DNA of 64,000 nt, taken from assembly GCA_002269645.1 (NCBI GenBank), contig NIVC01002478.1:62001-126000 (forward strand), read 5' to 3'. The DNA is from Macrostomum lignano (taxonomy: Eukaryota). Positions 1-24,685 of the stretch are shown here, piece after piece. The translations under genes and the position numbers were made by a program. The notes beneath the pieces are model-generated. The model saw nothing but the letters and a program-made list of their open reading frames with translations. It made no database searches and was not told where the DNA came from. Numbering within the stretch: position 1 is the stretch's first letter; every line of letters begins with the position of its first letter.

Positions 1-1850
1 TTTTAGGTAGGAAGACTTGAGTCTAGGAAATTTAAAGGTAGCCTAGGACATTCTCCGTAGTAAGTTTAGGGTAGGTGCAAAATTTGGTGTCATTTGGTTC
101 AGGCGGTTTTGTGAGTCCATAGCAATCAAAACTGTCCACACACAGACACACAAAGTTTTGATTTTTATATGTAGAGATGATCTGAAGTATAGAATGCAGT
201 AGAGATAGGCTATCTCTAGATAAGCCTAGTAACATTAGCTAGCCAATGTTTGCCAGTGGGAAATTTGCCAGCTAGACATTTGTAGATGGCAATTGCATAA
301 AGAATTATAGGTAACAAGTCAATTTGCCAAAAGTTGATTTGCTAAAATTTAATTTTCCAAAAAGATTGTTTTGCTAAAAATTAGGCCCTATTTTGCAAAA
401 TAAATAAACAATGAACAAATAAATAAAATGAACAAATAAAGAGAAGAAATATTAACTATTAAAATATAAAATGTCACAATGTGAAAAATCAATCAATGAC
501 CCAAATAACAATCAAAAATAAAATTTAGCATGTTAAATGTTAAAAAATGTAAAATGTCAAAATCAATCAATGATCCCAATAACAAATAAAGATAAATGTA
601 GAATGTTTAATGTCAAAATTTAGATGTTAAAATTGTCTTTCCGAGGGATTACATTGCAAAATAGTACAACATTGTCAACTGCATTATTGAAGTTAGCAAC
701 CGGAACTTTTGCCACCAAGTTATCATTGAAGTCATTTGCTCCAACTTCTGCTACCAAGTCCTCATTGAAATCATTAGCATCAACCCTAGCTAGCTACTAC
801 CAAGTCCTCATTGAAGTCATCGCGTTGACTCTAGCTATAGCTGGAGCTTCTGCTGCCAAGTCCTTGTTGAAATCATTGGTAGTGCCTCTAGCTACAGCTG
901 GAGCTTTTGCTGCCAAGCCAGCTATGCAATTGTGACATTTCCAATCAAATATTGCCTGCCACATCAACTATTGGTATTGCTACTGTTGAAGCCACTGTTG
1001 CACTTGTGATGTTGCCAGGAACCACAGTTGCATTGTAGTGCCTACTGCCATATAGACATGCACTTCTGACATATAGCATTGATCTATTGCTGTTTCAATG
1101 CTGTATGTCAGATGCTGTACACTGCCAACAAAGCTTATAACAAATGCATATTGCAGAGAGAAGTAGTTGCTTGTTGCTAGTGAATCTACATATATGTATA
1201 GTAATTGGTCATGAGTCTAAGTAGTAAAAGAAAGGCAGAAAAGGGTTGAGTGGGTCCCACTTTGGCTATTATAATATGCAAAAGTAGGAAAGAAACATAT
1301 TTTATATAGCATGTGGCAGTTGTTGCGCAAAAAATATTCTCCTTGTATTTTGTTTTCATATATAAAAAACTAAAAAATCAAACTTATAACCTTACTGTTA
1401 AGTCTAAAGATAGCAGTTTAAGCTAAGAAAATATATATATAGGCCCAAACTGGCCAAGTTAAAGATGATGTATATCCTAAAAAAATCTATAATCTATAAT
1501 ATAAAATATAATCTTAATATAATCCTAATATACTAAATCTCTAAGGTTTGTTTATATGTTTAAATGGGGTTCTAAAAATGCAATACAATGTATATGAATC
1601 ATGCTAACCAAGATGTACATTTACAATAGAATATAACTCACTCACTTAGAACAGTGAGTGATACAGTATATCGCTTTTGAATTGGTAGATATATCAGTTT
1701 CACAATCAGTAGGTTTCATATATGCCCAACACCTATCCAACCTATCCAAACTGGCTGGATAGGTGAAATGGCTACTGGCCAAGGTAAGTTGCAAAATCAA
1801 AAATGCAAAAAAAAACAATTGGGGGGGGGGGAAAGAAGAGAAAGATAAAA

Positions 1851-2636
1851 GGCTCATTCCATATAAGATGGACATATTGGGAAAATAGAAAAAAGTCAAT
1901 ATTTTTGCTTGCCATTGCCTAATTAGCCTATTTTTTTACCAAATGTTTATATTGTGCAATATATACAATCTAAGAATAAAGGAATGGTAAAATGTTGGAT
2001 TAGTATGTTATCAATTGGCAAAAAGTCATTTTTGTAAAAATTTGGACATTTTTCGAAGCAAAAGACATCATTAAGATTTTGTACCTTTTAAAAACAAATA
2101 GAAAGCTTTTGAAGGTTGAAACAAACTATAGATAAAAGTATAGTACTTGCATCATCAGATAAAAGCATTGGTGACCAAATAATCTATTATATTTTTAATG
2201 TATTAGTACCTCAAAGTTACTGAATTGACAGAAAAAAATATGTTACGACCATAATGTTACGACCATAAGGCTGCCTTTTCTTTTGTATCTTTGTTGCCTT
2301 TTGAGTTTATATATTCTAATAAAAGATTATGATTTCTAAAGATGTTCTTAGTCAAATTTTAAAAATGTATTGCAAAATATCAAAAATGAAAAATGTTATA
2401 AGACTTTTACCTTTTAGTTTCTATATGTCAAAAATCCTGTCGTTACGACCATAAGTGTCATTTAAGGTTTAATAGCATCTATACTAATGACGATATCTAT
2501 ATGAAACTCTATAAATATATTCTAGACAAAATAATCTTTCATTTAAAATATTGGTTTAGTATATTCTATTATTAGATTTCATTTTATAAGTAAAAATAAC
2601 CTGTCATGTTACGACCATGCTTATATGGAATGAGCC
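1851..2636. mobile_element. Non-autonomous DNA transposon (MITE) with 17-bp TIR GGCTCATTCCATATAAG
   Basis: Perfect 17-bp inverted termini with AAAA on both flanks; internal GTTACGACCAT motif occurs four times. Confidence 0.7.
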
Positions 2637-4979
2637 AAAAGGAAAAGAAAAGAAGGAAATGAAAGAGAAATGAAGAAGGAACAAGAAAGAAAAAGAGAAA
2701 ATGGCAAGAAAAGTCATATACAAAGTTAAAATTAAGTTGCAATCAGGGGAACTAAGTCGCAATTGGGAGGAACTAAGTTGCAAATTTGGACAAAACTAAG
2801 TCACACTAGATGGGTAAAATTTTGAGGTTGGACATGTATGGTAGGTTTTTGACAAATCAACTTTTGTCAAAAAGGTCTTTGGTGAATCATCTAGTATTTG
2901 AATTATGCCTTCTCTTGTCTAGGCTTATATTTATATATACTTGTATTAAAAATTGCAAATAGCACCAATCTGATCCTGCCTCATTCCCTAATACTGCTAT
3001 TGAATATATAGGCTATTGATGACAAACCCCTATTGGAATAAGTGTAGAAAACCTGCAGACATACGGCATAGGGTCTAGGGTCTAAAATTATAGCTAAAAA
3101 TATAACACAATGCAAAACATTAACTTTCTCACCAAATATAGACATAGTACTAATTAGATGATGAAGCATTTAGTCTTAACAAGACAGTCATAGTTACTCT
3201 TGCCCTTTATCCAAAACCACACTGTGCTGCAACATTGTTGCCTTGACTCTAGCTGCAACATCCCACTAGAAAATTCCAAAATTGCAATAAATGGTTGGAT
3301 ACCTTTTGTTCACTTAATCCAAAAGGGTAACAAACTACTGCTCATTAGAATGCTTTTTATCTTCTTGATATTTTGGCTAGGGTTTAAAAATGGGTACCAA
3401 AGTAACTAATGTAATCAAAATTTCTTTTTCAGGCAGTGAAAAATTTTATATTAAAATGTTTGCATTGTTTGTTACTTTTGACTATTATTTTTGTATATAT
3501 AAAAGTTCTAAAATAAAATCTATATAAAGTATGCAGTTCATATAATAGTAGGAAACAAGGTGGGATTAAATTGGTGCAATGTCTATAGTTTTTAAATGAA
3601 AGTACATGTAAGCCTAAAGAAGGCTTAACCTTCTTAAAGGTTATCCTTAACCAATCCTTAACCAATTGTTATTTGCAAATGTCTGGCTAGCAAACATTGG
3701 TAGCAAATGTCTAGCTGGCAAATGTCGTAGAACCAATGCAGTGGCATAAACAAAGGGGATAAAGGGATATACCTTTGTGTGGCTATGGGTACAATGGATA
3801 ATATATTACTATGCATGTAATTTTTATGAAAATTACCTTCTGCAATAGTAATAAGCAGTAATCTTACCTTTTGTATCTTTTAGCCCCATGAAAAATTTCT
3901 AGCTATATGCTTGACTAGTCTGACCTAATTTATCATTTTAGCTTTTTAACCTTAATTTAAATTGATAAAAAAGTATAATATTAACAAAATAGATATAGAA
4001 TAAATATTTTAAATATTCAGAATTGAATTTAAATTGACCAAATATTCAGTTCAAATTAGAATTGAAAAGTTAACAATCAAAAGCTAAATAGTTGCTTTGA
4101 TATGGGGTAAAGATTTTAGACAAGTCAAGAATTAAGTATTGATATTGTGGCTCATAAATAAAAGGAAAAATTAGAAATAAATATGAATTCTAGCATTAAG
4201 GACTAAGAAGTTTGTGTTTGAAAAGTCAAAAAGTGTTGGGGGTTGTAGCCTTATGACTTATAAATAAGAAAAGTAATTAAGGATAGGATAATATGTGGAT
4301 GCTTGAGATGCAAGCATGTTGTGCTCAGATTAAATACTGAGGCTTTAGGATACTTTGAAGCTTTATAAGAAGTGGAGCATTAAGAATATAGTTTATAGAA
4401 CATTGATTTAGGAGCACTGATTATTATAAACTTAGAGATTGGGTTGGCATTTGGTCTAGGTGCATTTCATTAGACACGAAGATGCAAGCCTATTGGTAAA
4501 GGCTGGCTAAAAAGAAAAGGGCTGAATATTAAATACCATATATAGCATGTGGAAGGGTGGCTTCTAATGTAGAAGTCTATTATAACACTAATTTATCACT
4601 ACCCTAGTAGGCTATAAGTTTTTGCTAGCATTAAGATGCAAAGTTAAATCTAATGTCCAATTTTAGGATATGATTTGGTAAGTAGAAATCTTATATAGTA
4701 TTCCTATTTTATTTTAAAACCTAAAAATTGCATTGCTTTTTGTTAGTATTAAAATGCTAAATTGCATTCAAAGTCTAATTTAAGAATGCATTTTTGAAAA
4801 TTAGGATGCTCTACCTTATAGTATCCTTATTGCACAAAATCTAAACCTAGTGACTATAATTTAGGGTCTAATAGAACTCAGTTGTATGTTTTGTATATAA
4901 GAAAGACTTTTTGACTTAATATAAATTATTCTTGACATACTTAGTTAAAATAAGAATCAGTTATAATAAGAATAAAAGG

Positions 4980-5756
4980 GAAGCAACCTAACCACCCTAA
5001 GACTTTAAGAGAGAAGCAAACTGACCCTAAGACTCTAAGAAGGAAGCACAGATACTAGAATAACTAGATAGGCCACTCGGCACATTTGCATGCCAGCTAC
5101 TTTCAGTTCAGTAGTAAGTTAAACAGAAACATTCTAATGTATTTTTAAAGACAAAGCTTATTTATTGGCTCTAACCCTTCCCAAGCTATTAAACCCTCAA
5201 ACTCCTCATAGAACCTCTACCCCAGCCCGCGACCTTATTTTATTACCTTCTTTGGTTGTTCCAGCCTAAATCTGCCTTGTACATTTCAGTGGCCAATGTA
5301 AATTTTGGCTGAACTAATTAGCAAGCTGTTTACGTCTGCAAGCTTGGGCTTCTAAACTTATCAAAGTCATTTCAGCTGCCTTATTCTTATAAAATAGCTT
5401 ATGTATTCTTCTTTGCTACTAAACTGAAAGTAGAAAGCTGTTTTGCCAAGTATATATGCCAGAGTGGACCATCTAGTTATTCTAGTATCTGTGGAAGGAA
5501 GCAACCTAACCTTAAGACTCTAAGAAGGAAGAAAACTGACCCTAAAACTCTAAAAGGAAAGCAAATTGACCCTAAGACTCTAAGAAGGAAGCAGCCTAGT
5601 CTTATGACTCTAAGAGGGAAGCAACCCGATTGTAAGACTCTAAGAGGAAAGCAACCCAACCCTAAGACTCTAAGAAGGAAGCAACCCAATTGTAAGACTC
5701 TAAAAGGGACGCAACCCAATTGTAAGACTCGTAAGAGGGAAGCAACCCCCTTGTAA
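4980..5756. repeat. 30-bp minisatellite (AAGACTCTAAGAAGGAAGCAACC..) interrupted by the P-like MITE
   Basis: Visible period of 30. Confidence 0.85.
5047..5493. mobile_element. 447-bp P-element-like MITE, copy 1
   Basis: ~32-bp TIR CACAGATACTAGAATAACTAGAT.. with an 8-bp TSD (GAAGGAAG); inserted into a 30-bp minisatellite. Confidence 0.8.
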
Positions 5757-6320
5757 CTAGCTACTGGTGTCACGGTATTTTTAGTCTAATTGTTTCATGC
5801 TTTAAGTGATTCAGCGCCTGATCTGGAGTATCTGATAATGACTAAGAATTCTACCCTTGAAGGTTTGCACTGGAAGTTTCTGTTCGTGTCAATCATTGCT
5901 ATTTATCAGATACAACAAAGCGTGTACCTAATACCCACTTTATTATCTAGGCAGCAAAATTCAGACTATTAGGCCTTAAAATGCCCTGATTTCACACTGC
6001 TTCTGCCTCAGCCAATGATAAACTTGCAGTCGAATTCGTACGCTCACAGCTGCATTCAGCCAATAGGAATCCACAATGACTAAGGGGGGTTGGGACACGC
6101 TTGTGTATTTATTGTAGCTAGAAATCTGGCAGTTATCTGCTAAAACTGAATTAGCCCAATACCATACAACTTAAATCTCAAATTCAATTAGAAAAACTAA
6201 CTCCAATTTTCCAGGCTCAACTAGCGAGCGAGTCGCTGTTTGAGTATATTAGAAGACGCCCCCGAGAGGGACAGTGCAGTTGTCTAATAAAGAATTCGCA
6301 TCCTTGACGTTGCTAACGGC

Positions 6321-17915
<11,595 letters not shown>

Positions 17916-17984
17916 GCGGGTCTTTGCTGCCCGATTTGTAATTGGGGTCGGTTGGATTAGGAATATTAAATCGACATCAATTGG

Positions 17985-19125
17985 TTATTAGTGAATATCG
18001 ACATATTATATTGGTGAATATCGACATGTTATTAGTGAGTATCGACAGGTTATTGGTAAATATCGGCAGATTATATTGGTGAATATCGACATGTTATTAG
18101 TGAGTATCGACAGGTTATTGGTAAATATCGACAGATTATATTGGTGAATATCGACATGTTATTTGTGAGTATCGACAGGTTATTGGTAAATATCGACAGA
18201 TTATATTGGTGAATATCGACATGTTATTAGTGAATATCGACATGTTATTAGTGAGTATCGACATGTTATTAGTGAGTATCGACAGGTTATTGGTGAATAT
18301 CGACAGATTATTGGTGAATATCGACATGTTATTAGTGAGTATCGACAGGTTATTGGTAAATATCGGCAGATTATATTGGTGAATATCGACATGTTATTAG
18401 TGAGTATCGACAGGTTATTGGTAAATATCGACAGATTATATTGGTGAATATCGACATGTTATTAGTGAGTATCGACAGGTTATTGGTAAATATCGACAGA
18501 TTATATTGGTGAATATCGACATGTTATTAGTGAGTATCGACAGGTTATTGGTAAATATCGACAGATTATATTGGTGAATATCGACATGTTATTTGTGAGT
18601 ATCGACAGGTTATTGGTAAATATCGACAGATTATATTGGTGAATATCGACATGTTATTTGTGAGTATCGACAGGTTATTGGTAAATATCGACAGATTATA
18701 TTGGTGAATATCGACATGTTATTTGTGAGTATCGACAGGTTATTGGTAAATATCGACAGATTATATTGGTGAATATCGACATGTTATTAGTGAATATCGA
18801 CATGTTATTAGTGAGTATCGACATGTTATTAGTGAGTATCGACAGGTTATTGGTGAATATCGACAGATTATTGGTGAATATCGACATGTTATTAGTGAAT
18901 ATCGACATGTTATTAGTGAATATCGACATGTTATTAGTGAGTATCGACAGGTTATTGGTGAATATCGACAGATTATTGGTGAATATCGACAGATTATATT
19001 GGTGAATATCGACATGTTATTAGTGAATATCGACATGTTATTAGTGAGTATCGACAGGTTATTGGTGAATATCGACAGATTATTGGTGAATATCGACATG
19101 CTATTAGTGAATATCGACATGTTGT
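17985..19125. repeat. 21/23-bp minisatellite GTGAATATCGACATGTTATTA with a 65-bp higher-order repeat
   Basis: Units recur in a 21+21+23 pattern. Confidence 0.95.
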
Positions 19126-19521
19126 TAGTTATTAGAAAACGTTATTGCAAAATATCGATACACTATCTCAGTGATGTTAATGTTATGCATACGGCAGCAA
19201 TTAATATCATCAATTTGATTTATAATGGAATTCGCTAGATTCACTAGATTGGGCGTCGGTTTGAGATGCGTTCTGCATTGCTATGCATTGTTACTCAATT
19301 TTCATGTTGTTGACATTTCTAACTGCGAAAGCTATTCACTGTTTTTTTCTAAACGCGTATAACTCTAAAAAATTATATCCAAGTAAACTATAAAAAATGT
19401 GTGTAATAATGTATAGAACTTGTTTCACTCCAGAGTTTTTAACCCATGCGGAGGTTTTGCTTAACCATCTCACCATTTGTGATAAATATTTATTGCACCT
19501 GTATCACTTGCACTTTAAACT

Positions 19522-20365
19522 GTGAATCATCCCCGATTTCCGCCCCCTGAGAATTATCCCCTAATTTCCGCCCCTGAGAATCATCCCCAGTTTCCGCCCC
19601 CTGAGAATCATCCCCAATTTCCGCCCCCTGAGAATCACCCCCGATTTCCGCCCCCTGAGAATCATCCACCCAATTTCCGCCCCTGAGAATCACCCCCGAT
19701 TTCCGCCCCCTGAGAATCATCCATCCCAATTTCCGCCCCCTGAGAATCATCCCCAATTTCCGCCCCCTGAGAATCATCCCCAATTTCCGCCCCCTGAGAA
19801 TCATCTCCAATTTCCGCCACCCTGAGAATTATTCCCAATTTCCGCCCCCTGAGAATCATCCCCAATTTTCGCCCCCTGAGAATCATCCCCAATTTCCGCG
19901 CGCTGAGAATCATCCCCAATTTCCGCCCGCTGAGAATCATCCCCAATTTCCGCGCCCTGAGAATCATCCCCAATTTCCGCCCCTGAGAATCATCCCCAAT
20001 TTCCGCCCCTGAGAATCATCCCCAATTTTCGCCCCCTGAGAATCATCCCCGATTTCCGCCTCTGAGAATCATCCCCGATTTCCGCCCCCTGAGAATCATC
20101 CCCTAATTTCCGCCCTTAAGAATCATCCCCAGTTTCCGCCCCCTGAGAATCATCCCAAATTTCCGCCCCATGAGAATCATCCATCCCATTTTCCGCCCCC
20201 TGAGAATCATCTTCAATTTCCGCCCCTGAAAATTATCCCCGATTTCCGCGCCCTGAGAATCATCCCCAATTTTCGCGCCCTGAGAATCATCCCCAATTTC
20301 CGCCCCTGAGAATCATCCCCAATTTCCGCCCGCTGAGAATCATCCCCAATTTCCGCCCCTGAGAA
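19522..20365. repeat. 25-26-bp minisatellite TGAGAATCATCCCCAATTTCCGCCCC
   Basis: Tandem array. Confidence 0.95.
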
Positions 20366-20899
20366 AACTCACATGAAGAATTGTTAACAATGAGTTGTAC
20401 TTTTAAATGCCATTGCATTCTTGCAAGGCAAATTCATCGTCTAAGTGTCACTGTGTTTCGTGTTAATTTAAACTTTAGCGTCGAACGCTATCAAAGCAGT
20501 TTTTGTCTGTATAAATAATATGTTGTTTTATGCTACTTAAAGTAGATGGCAGCACTTTTTCTTTTTTTCTGCACGCGAGAAGTATATATAATTCGTCACA
20601 ATGCAGTAAAAATTTTAAGTGGCAATTTTCCTTGCTGTTTTTATTCAATAAGTACAGCTGAGCATTAATATGACATGGCTGAGTGCCAACTTTAAAAGAA
20701 AAACGTTACATTAGGACTCGTCTGTGTTCACACTCAAGACTAAAAAAATACTTCAGATTTCTAAATCGTTTCTTCAACTAATCTCTTTTTTTCTGCTTGA
20801 GTCTTTCTAGTAAAGCACTTTTTTCTCTCCCGAAGAATGAAATTTTCTTCAGTGTCTCTTATTTACCAAGCGCACCATTTCTCCCTTAAAATCTGATTT

Positions 20900-22157
20900 T
20901 AGGAATCGCTCTTAATCTCCATTGAGAATCGCTCTCAATCTCCCTTGAGAATCGCTCTCAATCTCCCTTGAGAATCGCTCTCAATCTCCCTTGAGAATCG
21001 CTCTCAATCTCCCTTGAGAATCGCTCTCAATCTCCCTTGAGAATCGCTCTCATTCTACCTTGAGAATCGCTCTCAATCTCCCTTGAGAATCGCTCTCAAT
21101 CTCCCTTGAGAATCGCTAGAATTCTCCCTTGAGAATCGCTCTCATTCTCCCTTGAGAATCGCTCTCAATCTCCCTTGAGAATCGCTAGAATTCTCCCTTG
21201 AGAATCGCTCTCATTCTCCCTTGAGAATCGCTCTCAATCTCCCTTGAGAATCGCTAGAATTCTCCCTTGAGAATCGCTCTCATTCTCCCTTGAGAATCGC
21301 TCTCAATCTCCCTTGAGAATCGCTCTCAATCTCCCTTGAGAATCGCTCTCATTCTCCCTTGAGAATCGCTCTCATTCTCCCTTGAGAATCGCTCTCAATC
21401 TCCCTTGAGAATCGCTAGAATTCTCCCTTGAGAATCGCTCTCATTCTCCCTTGAGAATCGCTCTCAATCTCCCTTGAGAATCGCTAGAATTCTCCCTTGA
21501 GAATCGCTCTCATTCTCCCTTGAGAATCGCTCTCAATCTCCCTTGAGAATCGCTAGAATTCTCCCTTGAGAATCGCTCTCATTCTCCCTTGAGAATCGCT
21601 CTCAATCTACCTTGAGAATCGCTCTCAATCTCCCTTGAGAATCGCTCTCATTCTCCCTTGAGAATCGCTCTCATTCTCCCTTGAGAATCGCTCTCAATCT
21701 CCCTTGAGAATCGCTAGAATTCTCCCTTGAGAATCGCTCTCATTCTCCCTTGAGAATCGCTCTCAATCTACCTTGAGAATCGCTCTCAATCTCCCTTGAG
21801 AATCGCTCTCAATCTACCTTGAGAATCGCTCTCAATCTCCCTTGAGAATCGCTCTCATTCTCCCTTGAGAATCGCTCTCATTCTCCCTTGAGAATCGCTC
21901 TCAATCTCCCTTGAGAATCGCTCTCATTCTCCCTTGAGAATCGCTCTCATTCTCCCTTGAGAATCGCTCTCAATCTCCCTTGAGAATCGCTCTCATTCTC
22001 CCTTGAGAATCGCTCTCATTCTCCCTTGAGAATCGCTCTCAATCTCCCTTGAGAATCGCTCTCAATCTCCCTTGAGAATCGCTCTCATTCTCCCTTGAGA
22101 ATCGCTCTCATTCTCCCTTGAGAATCGCTCTCATTCTCCCTTGAGAATCGCGCTCAG
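20900..22157. repeat. 23-bp minisatellite GAGAATCGCTCTCAATCTCCCTT
   Basis: ~54 units with three recurring variants. Confidence 0.95.
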
Positions 22158-22721
22158 AGCAGTTCAGACATGTCGCCGCACAATAATTTATGGCTTGTGT
22201 TATACATGGATTCTATTCGCGTTCAACATTATTCCAGACTGAGTTAAATAAGCCGCAATCACAGATAATTCTCTGCATGCATATTTCCTACCTGCAATCT
22301 GCAATCAACTAAATGTCTGTGTTTTTATTTCTGTTTCAGCTTTTATTGATTTTGACTTGTTTATTCGGTTTTTTAAAAGTACACACGAGTACATGGTATG
22401 CGCACACACGGTTTCTGTTTAGCTGTGAAAATTCTCTTCCTGAAACTGCGTTAGCGCCGTCTGCAGCAAATTATTTGTCTTTTCAGTCTCTTTTGTGTTG
22501 ACCAGCTGTTTTTTGGTTTGAGAATTTGTTATATCATGATGAATTGCCTACCTCTAGTGAGCAACTCTACTCGCTTTGTATTATATAAGTTCTGAATGTA
22601 CTTATGTGACTGTTTCAAGCAACTAGCATCCGTTGCAGCAGCTGCCTCAAATTGCTATTTTTATGTATATTAATCATTTTTCATTGTTAAGCTAAAAGCT
22701 AACATTTACGTGGGTTCGGTT

Positions 22722-22918
22722 TAGCAGTCCATGGTAAGGCATGGGCATGATGGGTTAGCAGTCCATGGTAAGGCATGGGCATGATGGGTTAGCAGTCCAT
22801 GGTAAGGCATGGTCATGATGGGTTAGCAGTCCATGGTAAGACATGGTCATGATGGGTTAGCAGTCCATGGTAAGGCATGGGCATGATGGGTTAGCAGTCC
22901 ATGGTAATGCATGGGCAT
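22722..22918. repeat. 34-bp minisatellite GCAGTCCATGGTAAGGCATGGGCATGATGGGTTA
   Basis: ~5.5 units. Confidence 0.9.
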
Positions 22919-23649
22919 TGTATGCATGACAAATATTGCTTTGTTATCTCTGCTAAAGCATAACTATTGTACTCTGACTCATTACTGCCTAGCAGGTCTT
23001 CTATCTATAACTGGTATTTTATAGCTAGCAGACAATTTGCAAACCAATTTGTCATCCAATCCAAAGCTAGTTTACCCGTTTTTATTCCCATTTGTATTCT
23101 CGCCATACTCAAACTACATGTTAAGGGTTGCTTTTAAATTTCCTTATAAAAGCAATTTGCTTTGATCTGTTAATGCCGCTCAATGCAAACTCTTTTACAA
23201 TGCGGGTTTTATTGATTTCTGTGTGTTCTTTGTATGCTTCAATTTTTGCAGCTGTATGATAATGCCTAAATATTGTATACGCACATAGAATACATTGTTG
23301 TTCGGCAAAGTTTTTTTAAGTTTTGCTGTGCTGTAGCTGTTAAATTCTTAGTTTTTGCTAAGTCTTAGTTGAGCTAATCAGCTACTTGTAGTAATAAGAA
23401 CATTATTCTGTTATTCCTTAAGTGGGGGGGGGTTATCGCTCTTTAAAAGGTGTGAAAAATTATTAATTATTAAAAAATTTCATAAATTCAGCTCAGATAA
23501 TCTTCTTTCTCCTTAAGTTACTTTTCCTAGACAGTTTCTATCTTTTTGAAAGTTATCTTGTCACCAAGATACCAACAGACTGCAATCAAATAGAGAATTT
23601 CAAAACCAGTTAAGTACGAACATAACAATGGGCGTGTGTATGAGTGCTT

Positions 23650-24345
23650 GTCTCGTGTCCTTCCCTGCCTCCCTCTCGTGTCTTTCGCCTGCCTCCCTCT
23701 CTCGTGTCCTTCCCTGCCTCCCTCTCGTGTCCTTCCCTGCCTCTCTCTCTCGTGTCCTCCCCTGCCTCCCTCTCGTGTCCTTCCCTGCCTCCCTCTCGTG
23801 TCCTTCCCTGCCTCCCTCTCGTGTCCTTCCCTGCCTCCCTCTCGTGTCCTTCCCTGCCTCCCTCTCGTGTCCTTCCCGTGCCCCTCTCGTGTCCTTCCCG
23901 TGCCCCTCTCGTGTCCTTCCCTTGCCTCCCTCTCGTGTCCTTTCCCTGCCTCCCTCTCGTGTCCTTCCCTGCCTCCCTCTCGTGTCCTTTCCCTGCCTCT
24001 CTCTCGTGTCCTTCCCCTACCTCTCTCTCGTGTCCTTCCCTGCCCCTCTCGTGTCCTTCCCCTGCCTCTCTCTCGTGTCCTTCCCTGCCCCTCTCGTGTC
24101 CTTTCCCTGCCCCTCTCGTGTCCTTCCCCTGCCTCTCTCTCGTGTCCTTCCCTGCCCCTCTCGTGTCCTTCCCTGCCCCTCTCGTGTCCTTTCCCTGCCC
24201 CTCTCGTGTCCTTCCCCTGCCTCTCTCTCGTGTCCTTCCCTGCCTCCCTCTCGTGTCCTTCCCTGCCCCTCTCGTGTCCTTTCCCTGCCCCTCTCGTGTC
24301 CTTCCCTGCCCCTCTCGTGTCCTTCCCCTCCCCTTCTCTCGTGTC
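23650..24345. repeat. 22-24-bp pyrimidine-rich minisatellite CTCTCGTGTCCTTCCCTGCC(TC)C
   Basis: Tandem array. Confidence 0.95.
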
Positions 24346-24685
24346 CGCGCTTGCATATGTTCAGGAGTCAGCAAAATGGGTAGTATTGCCGTCAGCGCTG
24401 GCTGTGGGAGGATTTCGCCGAAGGCGTTGCACCAGGGTTGCCCGTAGCCCTCATGCGAATAGTTCATACGTATTTTATTGCAAACTGACCAACAATTTTT
24501 GTTTTCAATATCGACTTTCAACCGAGTAGATATTCAACAAATTGAAGAAGTAAGAAACGCTGCTTTGATAGTTCTATTTACGATATTCGATGAACGCATT
24601 CTTTACTTGCTACTCATCAGTAGACGCTGTCGAACATTCCAATTAAATGCATGTCTAGCCCGGCATCGTGCGCTGTTCGCCAGCC

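Noticed and set aside
624-935. 103-aa ORF in a degenerate repeat
   Set aside because: Low-complexity decayed repeat (CCAAGTCCTCATTGAA), probably an old TE remnant, with no splice or homology support.
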